From IMG/VR virus record IMGVR_UViG_3300027708_000029, positions 1-64,000 of that record: a DNA stretch of 64,000 bases; one strand, given 5' to 3'. Positions 50,558-60,616 of this stretch are shown here, piece by piece. The notes beneath the pieces are model-generated. The model made no database searches and was not told the origin of the DNA. It saw only the letters and a program-made list of their open reading frames with translations. The translations under genes were made by a program, and so were the position numbers. Source of the stretch: a virus (Duplodnaviria; Caudoviricetes). Position 1 is the stretch's first letter; every line of letters begins with the position of its first letter.

Positions 50558-50952
50558 TATTCTTTCTCTCTTTCAGCATTGTGAAGCCATGCGACATTTT
50601 TGGTTTTTAAAAATTTGACATACCAATTAAACACCTTTTGGTTTACTTCAGCAAATTTATTATTTGATCGACAAACTCTATTCAAAAAACTATTATTAGT
50701 TTCTTGACCCAAAATAGATACTGGATTATATAGTTTACCATTATTACTTAGTCTAATAGTATATTTGGTTGTTCCATTTTTTCTTTTTGTTCTTTTAGCA
50801 AAAACAGAATCTGTTTCAGTTTTTGTTTGAGGAAGATCATCTGAACCTAAAAAATCTTCCATACCCGATAGTGTAAAAAATTCAGCAATAATTTCTTCAT
50901 CAATATTCTCTGATGAATACTTGCTTTCAGGATTAAAAATAAAATTATCCAT
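50557..50952 (-). CDS. Hypothetical protein
   Basis: ORF within the operon, preceded by an AAGGA RBS. Confidence 0.65.
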   Translation of the reverse strand: MDNFIFNPESKYSSENIDEEIIAEFFTLSGMEDFLGSDDLPQTKTETDSVFAKRTKRKNGTTKYTIRLSNNGKLYNPVSILGQETNNSFLNRVCRSNNKFAEVNQKVFNWYVKFLKTKNVAWLHNAEREKE

Positions 50953-50967
50953 AGTTTCTGATCCTTT

Positions 50968-51318
50968 TTAGGAAGTCCATTTGGTTTTGGATTTAGGTTT
51001 TTGTATTCTAGACATACCTTTGGGTAGTTCTTTTTGAGATGGTTCTTCTTTATAGTCGTTATGTTTTTGTTCTAAGCTTATTTTATGGTCTTGACTAAGC
51101 CTATCTCTATTACGATTAGCCAAATCTCCAAGTGTCTTCAGTTCACTATCTGATTTTTTAATAGAAGTATTAAGAGTTTTAATATCTTCCATATATAGCC
51201 TATGCGTTTTCTTGCTATTGCAATTCTCACACTTTGGTTGAGCAATATAGTCTTTGATAGGGACTACTAATTCAAATTTAGCATCACACTTCTCACAACA
51301 ATATGTATAGCACGGCAT
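50968..51318 (-). CDS. FmdB-family zinc-ribbon protein
   Basis: MPCYTYCCEKC..FE...CENC; start at 51318 overlaps the upstream TAA. Confidence 0.75.
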   Translation of the reverse strand: MPCYTYCCEKCDAKFELVVPIKDYIAQPKCENCNSKKTHRLYMEDIKTLNTSIKKSDSELKTLGDLANRNRDRLSQDHKISLEQKHNDYKEEPSQKELPKGMSRIQKPKSKTKWTS

Positions 51319-51899
51319 TATAAATAAGACTCTGGAAGGTAAATCGTCCATTCTTTGGGAATGTCTGACCTTATCTTAAGAAGAAGTCCTCTTACTGGCA
51401 AGTACTTTGCGCTTTTATTTGGAACTACTGGAAGATTTTTAAGAGGCATATTGGCCTCTTTTGGTGTTCTATTACCCTTCTTACGATTACATTCTATACA
51501 AGCTGTAACAATATTTGTCCAACAAGTAGGTGACCCTATATTTTTTTTCCAAATAGACTTAGGAATAACATGGTCATAAGTCAATTGATTGATTTCTTTT
51601 TCACAACCACAATATTGACAGCTATAATTATCTCTAATGAATAGATTTTTTCTAGAAAAATTGACACTCTGATGATTTAAACGAAAATATTTTGCTGTTT
51701 TCACAACAGCTGGTATGGGTATTTTTTTATTATTAGCCCCACAAATATAATCGTTTTTATAAAAGTCTATGATCTCTACTCCGACACGAGAATTTTCTTC
51801 GTGCCTATAAGCCCATACCAATGCTCTTTTCCAAGAGATGATACCTAGTGGGGTGTAATCAGCATTCAAAATTAAGCATCTACTATTTTGAGTTTGCAT
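51318..51899 (-). CDS. HNH endonuclease (McrA-like)
   Basis: LILNADY.P, RDNYSCQYCG, TYDHVIPKS, WTNIVTACIECNRKKG. Confidence 0.9.
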   Translation of the reverse strand: MQTQNSRCLILNADYTPLGIISWKRALVWAYRHEENSRVGVEIIDFYKNDYICGANNKKIPIPAVVKTAKYFRLNHQSVNFSRKNLFIRDNYSCQYCGCEKEINQLTYDHVIPKSIWKKNIGSPTCWTNIVTACIECNRKKGNRTPKEANMPLKNLPVVPNKSAKYLPVRGLLLKIRSDIPKEWTIYLPESYL

Positions 51900-52611
51900 C
51901 TTTTTCGTAGTTGTCTAGTCTTCCGATAATTTTCCCGATGATTGGATTTCTCACAATGTCTGATGCTTCTAGTCTAGCAACAGCAATACCTTCAATGTCA
52001 GCTAGAGCATTTGTCATTGACCAAAAGCCGCCCTGCATATGTCTATGTAAATCTGATTGACTAACGTCACCAGTTAATACCATTTTACTATTAGTTCCAA
52101 TTCTTGTGAGCAACATTTTAAGTTGATCATATGAAGCATTTTGACATTCATCTGCTACGATAAAAGCATTATGAAAATTACGACCTCTCATTAATCCAAG
52201 AGGAACAATTTCTATTTTATTATTAGTTTTAAGACTAGCGTATTTAGCACTAGGTATGAAATGATTTACTTCATCTAATAATGGTAATAGATAAGGATGT
52301 AATTTTTCTTCTGCTGTTCCGGGCAAATATCCAATCTTTTCTCCTGATTCAACTACTGGTCTGGTAATAATAATCTTTTTTACCTTGTCGTCCAGTAAAT
52401 ATTCTAAAGCCATACCAACAGCAATATGTGTTTTACCACTACCAGCAACTCCTTGACAGAATGTAATAACATTTTCTGCTATATCTCTGATATATTGTTT
52501 TTGGTTTTCTGATCTGGGTTTTAGCCTATTTCTGTAAATTTCTGGGATGGGGAGTTCTTTAGTAGCATCGATGACCTTGGACCTTTTCTTGGTGGTTTTA
52601 TTTTTTCTCAA
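51883..52611 (-). CDS. phoH: PhoH-like ATPase
   Basis: GVAGSGKT, RPVVE, GYLPG, MRGRNF, DECQN, LTRIG, GD.SQSD. Confidence 0.95.
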   Translation of the reverse strand: MRKNKTTKKRSKVIDATKELPIPEIYRNRLKPRSENQKQYIRDIAENVITFCQGVAGSGKTHIAVGMALEYLLDDKVKKIIITRPVVESGEKIGYLPGTAEEKLHPYLLPLLDEVNHFIPSAKYASLKTNNKIEIVPLGLMRGRNFHNAFIVADECQNASYDQLKMLLTRIGTNSKMVLTGDVSQSDLHRHMQGGFWSMTNALADIEGIAVARLEASDIVRNPIIGKIIGRLDNYEKDANSK

Positions 52612-52654
52612 GGCTTACCCTTTAGCTAATATATGGAGTAGAGATCCCAAGTTA

Positions 52655-52678
52655 TTCTTATAATACACCATATAAGAA
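52655..52678 (-). promoter_or_regulatory. Inverted repeat containing a GTGTATTA motif upstream of phoH
   Basis: ttcttata-N8-tataagaa; the same 8-mer occurs upstream of nrdJ. Confidence 0.4.
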
Positions 52679-52731
52679 GTATTATTATCGTAAACAATTA
52701 GCACTTGCTAGTTAATTGACCGTTAACTCTA

Positions 52732-54924
52732 TTAGAGTAAACAAGCTCCACCAGCACAGCTGATCTCCTCAATACCCGCAGTATTGTCTTCTGTTTCTAG
52801 TAATTGAGTATAATCCACCTTCTCAAAACTATCATAAAGATCACAGTATAACTTCCAGTTGTAGACATCCTTCATGCAATAAGTCAGTCTCCTGTTATCT
52901 CCATTAAAATACTTAGTAGCAAAGTTTTTCATCTTATTAATAAACCTAACTTTATTTTCATCATCTCCATCTTTGGCTTGATTTAAACTAACATAATCAC
53001 AAGCTGCCCATAGATTATTGTTAAAAGCATTTAGACCAAGCTCAATCAAACCAGAACACCACAATGCAGCATCTCCATATTCTTTAACAATCTCTCTACT
53101 AGTATAAACAGTAGTAAAAGGAGCTTGTGGATAATCTTTGTCTCCACTTTGAGGAATTAAAGATATACCTGCAAAATACTTTCTATTATCATAGATATAT
53201 TTTGTTACAGAATCCCATTCATCGGGTTTCACTGTTACAGTATTACTAACATTATGACTCAAATATTCTTGTGTACATAATGATCTATTTTTGCCAGAAT
53301 GAACCCAATTCTTTTGTGTATCTTTTACAACAGAAAGCATTTCTACTGCTGGTAATTGATTTCTTAATTTAGCTCCATCTGGTACTTCTATTGGAAACTT
53401 AACTACTTCATCAGTATTATTTGCAGACCATGATGATTTCTCACAGGCTTGTGGATTAACTTTCTTGAAGTGTTGATATGGTGCTTCTAAAATATTGGCT
53501 TGTACGTGGCGTATATAGCGTTTGGCATGGTGTGGGTGGATACCAGAGCTAGTACCAAGCATACTTGATGATGTTCCTTCTGGTTTTAGGCATGTAACTC
53601 TAGCCGCTTGATTAATATTGATCCTTTGGGAAATCTGCTTATTGGTATCAACAGCAATCTTAGCGCCCTTAGTTAATGTCTTTTCTGTAAGAACAAGATC
53701 ATGCTTTTCCATAGTGCCAGTTAAAGACACTCCCAAAAGAGCTTCTCTTGCAAAAATCTTTTCGCTAGTTTGTCCAAGATAGTCTAGTTTTGTAAAACCA
53801 GCTTGTAATGTACCAATAATAGCTGCTGCTTTGCATCTCTCATAAAAATCTTCTTCGTCATCAACACTAGAACAATTGATTGTTGAAAGATTGCAGCCTT
53901 GCCATCCAGACTTACCAGATTCTTCTTCAATAGGCCACATACCAATTTCTACACAAGGATTAAAAATCATTTCTGTGGATTCACTCCAGATAAATCCGGG
54001 TTCTCCAAATTCTTTAACCGATTGCATCAATAAAGAAAATTCTTCAAAAGTAGTTTCGCTTTTTAAGAGTAAGGCAGAATTATTGCTTCGTGCTCTTTGT
54101 GGATTCTCCATATACCAGTTTCCAGTTTTAGCTTTAGCCATTTCTTCATCATTATGACTAAATAAAGCTAGAGATGCACTTCGTCGAACACCACCAGATA
54201 ATACAGCATCACTGCTATGCATAACAATATCATATGCATCAATAGGTCTAAGTTTCTTTTGTCCATTTGCCAAACATCGGTCTAGTAAAGTACGAATTTT
54301 TTCAAGACCATTAGCAAGAGGCTCATATCCTGGGGCTTTGCCTACTCCAGAAGCTAGTGCTGCTCCCTTTGGTCTGATATTAGAATAATCAAATGAAATA
54401 TGACTATTTTTGTATTGTTTAAATTCTTCTACAGGCTTGCTGAAATAAGAACTTAACAGAACACCCAAAGCATTGGACCAGCCTTCAATGCTATCATCAA
54501 TAACATACTTAGTTGATTGTCCTTTTTCCACTTCATGCTCTAATGATGGAAGTTTAGCAACATGGTGCTTTTGAACACTAAAGCCAGTTCCTGATCCACA
54601 CAATAGTAACCAAAAACACTCTTGGAAAAATCGTAATCTATCACAATAAGAAGCTGTGCAATTATATATTTTGGCATGTCGTTTGAGAATAGGATCTCCA
54701 CCAAACTGTAATGCTCTCTGACTACCTAATACTTTCTTCTTATACATCATATCGTAAGCCCAATCGATCTCTTCTGAGATTCCAAATGTATCATAACGAG
54801 AGTGCATCATTTCTCTAACTCTGTCTACAGCTTCTTTCCAAGTTTCCCTTCTATTTTGATCACTTAACCATCTGGCATACTTACTAACGAAGGTATAATT
54901 TTGAAGTTCTTGTAGAGCTGACAT
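52732..54924 (-). CDS. nrdJ: Class II (adenosylcobalamin-dependent) ribonucleotide reductase
   Basis: YNC, GSGTGFSV, GGVRRSA, NPCVEI, GCNL, KPEGT and C-terminal CAGGAC; no beta subunit gene in the window. Confidence 0.85.
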   Translation of the reverse strand: MSALQELQNYTFVSKYARWLSDQNRRETWKEAVDRVREMMHSRYDTFGISEEIDWAYDMMYKKKVLGSQRALQFGGDPILKRHAKIYNCTASYCDRLRFFQECFWLLLCGSGTGFSVQKHHVAKLPSLEHEVEKGQSTKYVIDDSIEGWSNALGVLLSSYFSKPVEEFKQYKNSHISFDYSNIRPKGAALASGVGKAPGYEPLANGLEKIRTLLDRCLANGQKKLRPIDAYDIVMHSSDAVLSGGVRRSASLALFSHNDEEMAKAKTGNWYMENPQRARSNNSALLLKSETTFEEFSLLMQSVKEFGEPGFIWSESTEMIFNPCVEIGMWPIEEESGKSGWQGCNLSTINCSSVDDEEDFYERCKAAAIIGTLQAGFTKLDYLGQTSEKIFAREALLGVSLTGTMEKHDLVLTEKTLTKGAKIAVDTNKQISQRININQAARVTCLKPEGTSSSMLGTSSGIHPHHAKRYIRHVQANILEAPYQHFKKVNPQACEKSSWSANNTDEVVKFPIEVPDGAKLRNQLPAVEMLSVVKDTQKNWVHSGKNRSLCTQEYLSHNVSNTVTVKPDEWDSVTKYIYDNRKYFAGISLIPQSGDKDYPQAPFTTVYTSREIVKEYGDAALWCSGLIELGLNAFNNNLWAACDYVSLNQAKDGDDENKVRFINKMKNFATKYFNGDNRRLTYCMKDVYNWKLYCDLYDSFEKVDYTQLLETEDNTAGIEEISCAGGACLL

Positions 54925-55075
54925 GATGTATAAATAATACTCCTATAAATTGTTCTGACACAGCTTTGGTTCTTGGTAATACACTATCGAATGAAAAAGA
55001 ATTCGATCTCTGTGAGCGATGAATTTATCATATCTCCACACGAAAAAAACACCAGCGCATTGTTTTTTATTTGTC

Positions 55076-56083
55076 TCACCAGTCAGAATGTTTGAATTTC
55101 AACATAACTTGCTTTATAGCCATCCACATATCTAAATATTGGTAAGTGGCTAATCTTCCTAGAAAAATAGTATTCTGTTCATTTTTAGATAATTGAATAT
55201 ATTTCTTTGCTATCTCAACACCGTCACCAAATGGTATTGGGTAGTAAGGAATATTATTTTGGTTATATTTAACTGGATATTCTTCAGTAATAACTGTTGT
55301 GGAGTGAGAATGATTATGTTGCAAGTAGCTGTGGTCGTATTTTCTAGTATATTCTACAATATTATTGTTTTGATTCTCTATAAAATATGGCATTTTTTTG
55401 TCTGTAACTGTGTGCTTAAATTCTAATGATCTATATGGAAGCTCGCCGTAGATATAATTATAGTATTCATCTATCTTACCAGTATATACAGTAAGATCAG
55501 TATTAAAATTTTTCCAGTCTTCATTGGAGCATGATAGTCTGATATCAAACCCTTTAAGCATATTTTCCATCATTTTAGTATATCCGTGTTTAGGCAAACA
55601 CTGATACTTTTGTCCCTCAAACCAAGTAGGATCTTCACAATCTTTTGTTTTGGGTATTCTGTTTGTTATAGTTCGTGGTATAGAATCAAAAGGAACACCC
55701 CATTGTTTTTCTGAATAATCTTTAAAGATAAATTCTAGTATTTCTTCTTGAGATAATTCTCTACCAATTTCTTTTTCTGTTTTTTTACTATATGGCAAAG
55801 AGATGAGACCTAATTTTGAATTGCCTTTGGGTTGTAATTTAAATGGTACCCACTCGGTATATCTGCTTAAAAACTCAAAAACTTCGTCATCATCTGTATG
55901 AAATATGTGTGGTCCATAATTATGTAGCATTGTTCCGCACACATTACTATCAAAACAGTTGCCTCCAATATGATTTCTTTTATCAAAAATAGTTACATGA
56001 TATCCTCTTTCTTGTAGTAAAATAGCAGAGGTTATGCCAGATAGTCCGCAGCCTATTACTTTAGCTTTTAATATTTTCATCAT
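55076..56083 (-). CDS. glf: UDP-galactopyranose mutase
   Basis: GCGLSG, HIGGNC, YGPHIFHT, GELPYRSL, PYYP, GRLATYQYLDM. Confidence 0.95.
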   Translation of the reverse strand: MMKILKAKVIGCGLSGITSAILLQERGYHVTIFDKRNHIGGNCFDSNVCGTMLHNYGPHIFHTDDDEVFEFLSRYTEWVPFKLQPKGNSKLGLISLPYSKKTEKEIGRELSQEEILEFIFKDYSEKQWGVPFDSIPRTITNRIPKTKDCEDPTWFEGQKYQCLPKHGYTKMMENMLKGFDIRLSCSNEDWKNFNTDLTVYTGKIDEYYNYIYGELPYRSLEFKHTVTDKKMPYFIENQNNNIVEYTRKYDHSYLQHNHSHSTTVITEEYPVKYNQNNIPYYPIPFGDGVEIAKKYIQLSKNEQNTIFLGRLATYQYLDMWMAIKQVMLKFKHSDW

Positions 56084-56909
56084 GTATATTTTTGTCTTGA
56101 AAGGATAAAAGAATATTATAGATTTTTTCGTATGCTGCTTCTTTAGTTAAATATTTTAGGGCAAACTTTTTTTGTTCTTCTTTGATATATTTTTGCATAG
56201 CTGGGTCATTTTCAATGATACTATAGTTTTGTTCTAAATCACTAAGATCTTCTTTAATAGGAATATAATGTTTCCAAGGAACAAAAAATTCATGCCACCA
56301 TTCTTTATAAGGATTATCAATTATAAAAACAATTCTTGGAGAAGATACTAATATTTTTAATCTAGCAGAATAACCTGCTCCTTCAATATCTAATAAATAT
56401 TTCCATTTATTTATTTGTTGCTGGAAAGACAAATATTTTGCAGTATTTTTCCATAAATTATCTGGATCTTCACGATTCCATTCTAGCGTTATAGCTTCTG
56501 TAAAAGAAGTATCTTGATATTTATTAATATAGTCTCTTCTTTTCTCTCCAGTTATAGCTCCTATCCATCCTATTTTGTTGCTTAATGGAATAGTATCGTC
56601 AAAAGAGCTAATCAATTCTTGATAATTTTGAATGTTACAAGCTGGCCAGGAGTCATAAGCAAAACAAGGAAATGTTTTTGCATAATTTTGTGTTATAGTT
56701 GAAAAAGAAAAATGATGACTATCTGATGGACGATCACCGGTCCATATAGCCATTTCAAATTCTTTCCCAGGATAATTATTGTATTTTTTAATTCCATAAT
56801 GAATAGAATTATATATTAGATCTCTAACTGATTCTCCTCTGGTTTCATAATTATTGAAAAGTCTTGTTTCTATTTTTTGAAGATCTTGTGATACTAAAAC
56901 TAATCCCAT
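56061..56909 (-). CDS. Glycosyltransferase family 90 (CAP10/POGLUT-like)
   Basis: KWKYLLDIEGAGYSARLK.L...EWW...PWKHYIPIKEDLSDL. Confidence 0.85.
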   Translation of the reverse strand: MGLVLVSQDLQKIETRLFNNYETRGESVRDLIYNSIHYGIKKYNNYPGKEFEMAIWTGDRPSDSHHFSFSTITQNYAKTFPCFAYDSWPACNIQNYQELISSFDDTIPLSNKIGWIGAITGEKRRDYINKYQDTSFTEAITLEWNREDPDNLWKNTAKYLSFQQQINKWKYLLDIEGAGYSARLKILVSSPRIVFIIDNPYKEWWHEFFVPWKHYIPIKEDLSDLEQNYSIIENDPAMQKYIKEEQKKFALKYLTKEAAYEKIYNILLSFQDKNIHDENIKS

Positions 56910-56911
56910 GA

Positions 56912-57586
56912 TTACACCTTAAAATTATGTAGTAAAGTAGCGTTCATATCAGCATTAACAAATTTACCATCAACAACATGAATAGGAATATTAGATACTT
57001 CCTCCCAATGACCAAAAGAAAGTCCTGCTTTTCGTCCAATTAAAGTTAAAATCATATCCATAAAATAATTTTGTGGAAATTTATCAAATAATTCTTGAAA
57101 TAATACAAACATATTTTTTTCTTTAATAGTGGTAAAATATTTACTAGAAAAAATAGTTCCACCACAACCAGTGTGTATTTTAGGTTCTTTAATATCTAAT
57201 ACATCATATAGTCCAACTTCTTGTGGTCCGCAAGGATTGTTAGGGCCAGCTATATCAAATTTGGGTTCTATACTAATAGTTCTATTTGTTAGCACATCTG
57301 TTTCTAATAATAATGTATGTGTAAAAGTATTATTTAATCCAAATTCAAAAAAGTAATCAGCAAATCTTGGTCCAAAAGAACCAACTCCGCAATGTGTTTG
57401 TTTATGCCATAAATTATCTGTATGTATTATTTCGGCTCCAATAGATGATAAATATTTAGATGGGTCTTTACCACCAGCGTTAATAACTCTTATTGGAGTA
57501 TTTGGATGATGTCTACGAAAAGAATGTAATGTAAAGAAAGCTCTTTCAAAATCATTTCGCATAAATAATATAGCTTGTATATTCAT
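56912..57586 (-). CDS. GT-A-fold glycosyltransferase-like protein
   Basis: SFRRHHP..I, LLETDVL, GCGGTIF, C-terminal H..K. Confidence 0.6.
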   Translation of the reverse strand: MNIQAILFMRNDFERAFFTLHSFRRHHPNTPIRVINAGGKDPSKYLSSIGAEIIHTDNLWHKQTHCGVGSFGPRFADYFFEFGLNNTFTHTLLLETDVLTNRTISIEPKFDIAGPNNPCGPQEVGLYDVLDIKEPKIHTGCGGTIFSSKYFTTIKEKNMFVLFQELFDKFPQNYFMDMILTLIGRKAGLSFGHWEEVSNIPIHVVDGKFVNADMNATLLHNFKV

Positions 57587-58497
57587 AAAACAATCTCTGA
57601 TAAATAATTTTTTACAATATTAGACCAATCAAAAGTTTTTGCATATTCTCTAATTTCTGTTCTCATTAGATTACTGACTTGTCTATTTTTAGATATAACA
57701 TCATTAACATAATCTATATCTTGTATTTTTTGCTCTGGTATTACTGTTATCCAAGGCTTGCTTTTGTCTAATGATTGACTCGCCGGTTCAGATAATACTA
57801 ATCCAAGACCAGCAGACATAGCCTCTAAACACACCAAGGGTTGAAGTTCATCTTGACTGAGTAATACAAGATTACTAAATTTAGTCAAATTCTCTTTTAC
57901 CTCGTCATAATTCCAGGAACCAAGATATTTATCTGATGAGTAATCAAAATGATTATCCTCTTTATTTCCTACATATACTACATCTAAACCTAGTTTTTGA
58001 AATATTGCCTGTCTTTTTAGAGACATTATTTTGCCTAAATATATAGAAGTAGAGTGTTCTGGTTGATTATCAAATGATATATCATTACAAAATACTCCAT
58101 TGGGTATAATTTTAACGTTCATATTATGAGCTAAAAAAAATGATTCTTCTATATTAGATAAGATAAAAGCTTTTGATTGTTGTAAATATGGTAAAATACT
58201 TTTCCAAAAAGGTATTGAATATCTAAATCCTCCTCCATGATTGGTAAAAATTTTATATTTGGCATCCATCCTGCTGAATGGTATCCAATGTTTACCAAGA
58301 TGGTTATGTACAACTTCTGGTTTAAATCTTTTATAGTCTTCTAGAACCATAAAATCTTCTATATGATTAGATATTAAAACATCGTGCCCAGCTTTTTCTA
58401 ATTCTGTTTTATAGGCCCATACAACCCTTTCTAATGCTCCCCAACCTAGAACAGGAGGGACGGGTATTGAGCCATCACTAATAAGATGAAATTTCAT
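57583..58497 (-). CDS. Glycosyltransferase family 4
   Basis: PP.GWGALE, IPNGV, ELQPLVCLEAMSAGL, FDW. Confidence 0.85.
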   Translation of the reverse strand: MKFHLISDGSIPVPPVLGWGALERVVWAYKTELEKAGHDVLISNHIEDFMVLEDYKRFKPEVVHNHLGKHWIPFSRMDAKYKIFTNHGGGFRYSIPFWKSILPYLQQSKAFILSNIEESFFLAHNMNVKIIPNGVFCNDISFDNQPEHSTSIYLGKIMSLKRQAIFQKLGLDVVYVGNKEDNHFDYSSDKYLGSWNYDEVKENLTKFSNLVLLSQDELQPLVCLEAMSAGLGLVLSEPASQSLDKSKPWITVIPEQKIQDIDYVNDVISKNRQVSNLMRTEIREYAKTFDWSNIVKNYLSEIVL

Positions 58498-59249
58498 TTG
58501 TGAATAAAATAGATATCCTTTCTAGAGTGTTCATATTTCTTAAAATTACTAGTAAAAGGTTCTCCAATTAATAGTTTTTTATTAGGTAATAAGTATCTGA
58601 ATACATATTGACCAACCCACATATCAGCATTAAAATATTCATATTTCATATCTTCTCTTGCTTGACAGAATGTTTTTAAAAATTCAAGCATATTGTCATA
58701 TGAACCTCCTATAACCCCCATATTAATTAAATCCCATTCTTTAGCATTTTCTGTAAAGAATTCTAGATTATCCCATTTAAGATCTCTATGAATCCAAAGA
58801 TATGGGAATTCAGATAGTTTAATACTATCTTTACAGATAAAATAGTTTATATCAGGAAAATCTATTAATATTTGAGAGGGATCTTTTACAACCGTAACAT
58901 CAGAGCCATCAGTCAAAAAAACAGAGTCGAATTTATTAGCTAATAGATATTTTTTATAAGCAAAGAATCTCCAGTCATTATTTGAGTATTCTGATGGTGC
59001 AGTATAAACGAATTTTATTTTATCTGTTTCATATGTTCTCAAAAATTCATCAGATAAATTATCATAAAAAATTCTAGCTTCTAGCCCCAGAAAAACAATA
59101 GAGTTATACCAGTTTTTAATATAGTCAAAATTATTTTGTAATACTCTTCCATCTTTATCTCTTCCTATCACAGCATCATCGGAAGGATCATTGGGATGTT
59201 TTTTTTGTGAAAAATAAGTAGTAAATATAACTGGTTTATTCATTGTCAT
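58494..59249 (-). CDS. GT-A-fold glycosyltransferase-like protein
   Basis: RF..Y, VFLTDGSDV, LINMGVIGG, DM, FIHK. Confidence 0.6.
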   Translation of the reverse strand: MTMNKPVIFTTYFSQKKHPNDPSDDAVIGRDKDGRVLQNNFDYIKNWYNSIVFLGLEARIFYDNLSDEFLRTYETDKIKFVYTAPSEYSNNDWRFFAYKKYLLANKFDSVFLTDGSDVTVVKDPSQILIDFPDINYFICKDSIKLSEFPYLWIHRDLKWDNLEFFTENAKEWDLINMGVIGGSYDNMLEFLKTFCQAREDMKYEYFNADMWVGQYVFRYLLPNKKLLIGEPFTSNFKKYEHSRKDIYFIHK

Positions 59250-60108
59250 CTTTTTTTGTTATTTCTGATGATAAAGAGGTATAAAAAATTTGATTAATCT
59301 GTTCCATTTTTTCTACTTGTTCTTTAGCTATTTTGCTACAAGTCTCTGGAGGAACATTTGATAAATCCAAAACTGCTTTAGGCTTACAGTCTGGTATCAT
59401 GACTATATTGCCAAATTTAGAAATTTCAGAACAGAAATTAACATATTCTGGTTGACCCACAGTTGACCAAAAACATTGTTTCAATATTGGTGTTCTAACC
59501 AAGCTAAATCCACCATAACCAGCACTTATGGAAATTGGAGAATTTTTATTCCAGGCTTCTCTATCTTCTTTCAATAAGAATGGGCAGTCTGTGAATGGTA
59601 ATCCATGATGAAAATATTTGTCTCTGAATGTTAATATATCATAGAAACTATCTTCTGTAACTTCTTCCATAAGATCTTTGGTTTGAAAATCCCGTGTATT
59701 AGCAACTAACATTACTGCCGCAGGAATAGTCTTGGCTTTTTCAAATAGTTTTATAAAATCTATATGATCAAATACAACATCTGTATTAAGTAATAAAGTA
59801 TATTCTGTTTCAGCCATTGTCAACTGATTTAATTTATTTCTACAGTATGAAAATAACATAAATCTATGCAAAGGTTCCAAACTTTCTAGTTTAGGAACTC
59901 CAAGATCTTCATGTACTAATTCACCAGATTTATTGTCAAGCCATTTGCTCAATATTTGTTGAGTATTGTCTGAAGAATCATTTTCATAAAAATAAAAATT
60001 GAACTTGAAATTTTCTAGATTTGATAATTTTTCTAGACACGCAAGAGTTCGCTCTATATAAGTTTCAGAATCTCTCCATATTCCACAAACATTAATTTCT
60101 GTAACCAT
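59236..60108 (-). CDS. CAP59/GT69-like glycosyltransferase (possibly degenerate)
   Basis: YENDSSDNT, RN.L, FYD...RD, SAGYGG; the DxD position reads NTD. Confidence 0.6.
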   Translation of the reverse strand: MVTEINVCGIWRDSETYIERTLACLEKLSNLENFKFNFYFYENDSSDNTQQILSKWLDNKSGELVHEDLGVPKLESLEPLHRFMLFSYCRNKLNQLTMAETEYTLLLNTDVVFDHIDFIKLFEKAKTIPAAVMLVANTRDFQTKDLMEEVTEDSFYDILTFRDKYFHHGLPFTDCPFLLKEDREAWNKNSPISISAGYGGFSLVRTPILKQCFWSTVGQPEYVNFCSEISKFGNIVMIPDCKPKAVLDLSNVPPETCSKIAKEQVEKMEQINQIFYTSLSSEITKKDDNE

Positions 60109-60117
60109 ATTTTTCCT

Positions 60118-60582
60118 TTAAACTTTAAGATTATTAATCCACGATAGGTCTGGGTTTATATATTCAACAGTCATTCCACTCATTTTGATAAATAGATCAA
60201 ATCTTTTCTTTTGTTCTTCATCAAAAAGATGAGTTCCATGATTTTCTCTCATATAGACTTTTGTTATTCCTTCTTGCCATAAAGCCATTATGCAATCATT
60301 GCAGGATTGGCCTGTAACATACGCTATTCCATTTTCGGGTCTGATTGTACAATTAGATAGAGCATTACGTTCCGCATGAATCATCCAAGGATACTTTTCT
60401 GGTCGAATATTAGGCAGTTTACTATCATCAAGTCCTTTAGGAAAACCATTATATCCTAATCCTAAAATCCTATTATGATGATCTGTTATAACACAGCCAT
60501 GTTGGGTTTGTATGTCATGACTACGAACAGCCACGGCGTGTGCTAATCCTATAAAATATTCTTGCCAGTTTGGTCTAAACAT
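60118..60582 (-). CDS. dCMP deaminase
   Basis: RSHD..TQHGCVI, GYNG, HAERNAL, C..C. Confidence 0.9.
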   Translation of the reverse strand: MFRPNWQEYFIGLAHAVAVRSHDIQTQHGCVITDHHNRILGLGYNGFPKGLDDSKLPNIRPEKYPWMIHAERNALSNCTIRPENGIAYVTGQSCNDCIMALWQEGITKVYMRENHGTHLFDEEQKKRFDLFIKMSGMTVEYINPDLSWINNLKV

Positions 60583-60588
60583 AACTGT

Positions 60589-60616
60589 ATGATAGATACT
60601 TTTTTCATCTGGTCAA
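60589..60616 (-). promoter_or_regulatory. Sigma70-type promoter, probably giving a leaderless dCMP deaminase mRNA
   Basis: TTGACC-16 nt-TATCAT, then 6 nt to the ATG; no SD. Confidence 0.6.

Noticed and set aside
54984-55031. 15-aa uORF (MINSSLTEIEFFFIR) or cobalamin riboswitch upstream of nrdJ
   Set aside because: The GGAG is only 2 nt from the ATG, and I could not recognise a B12-box or conserved riboswitch stems.
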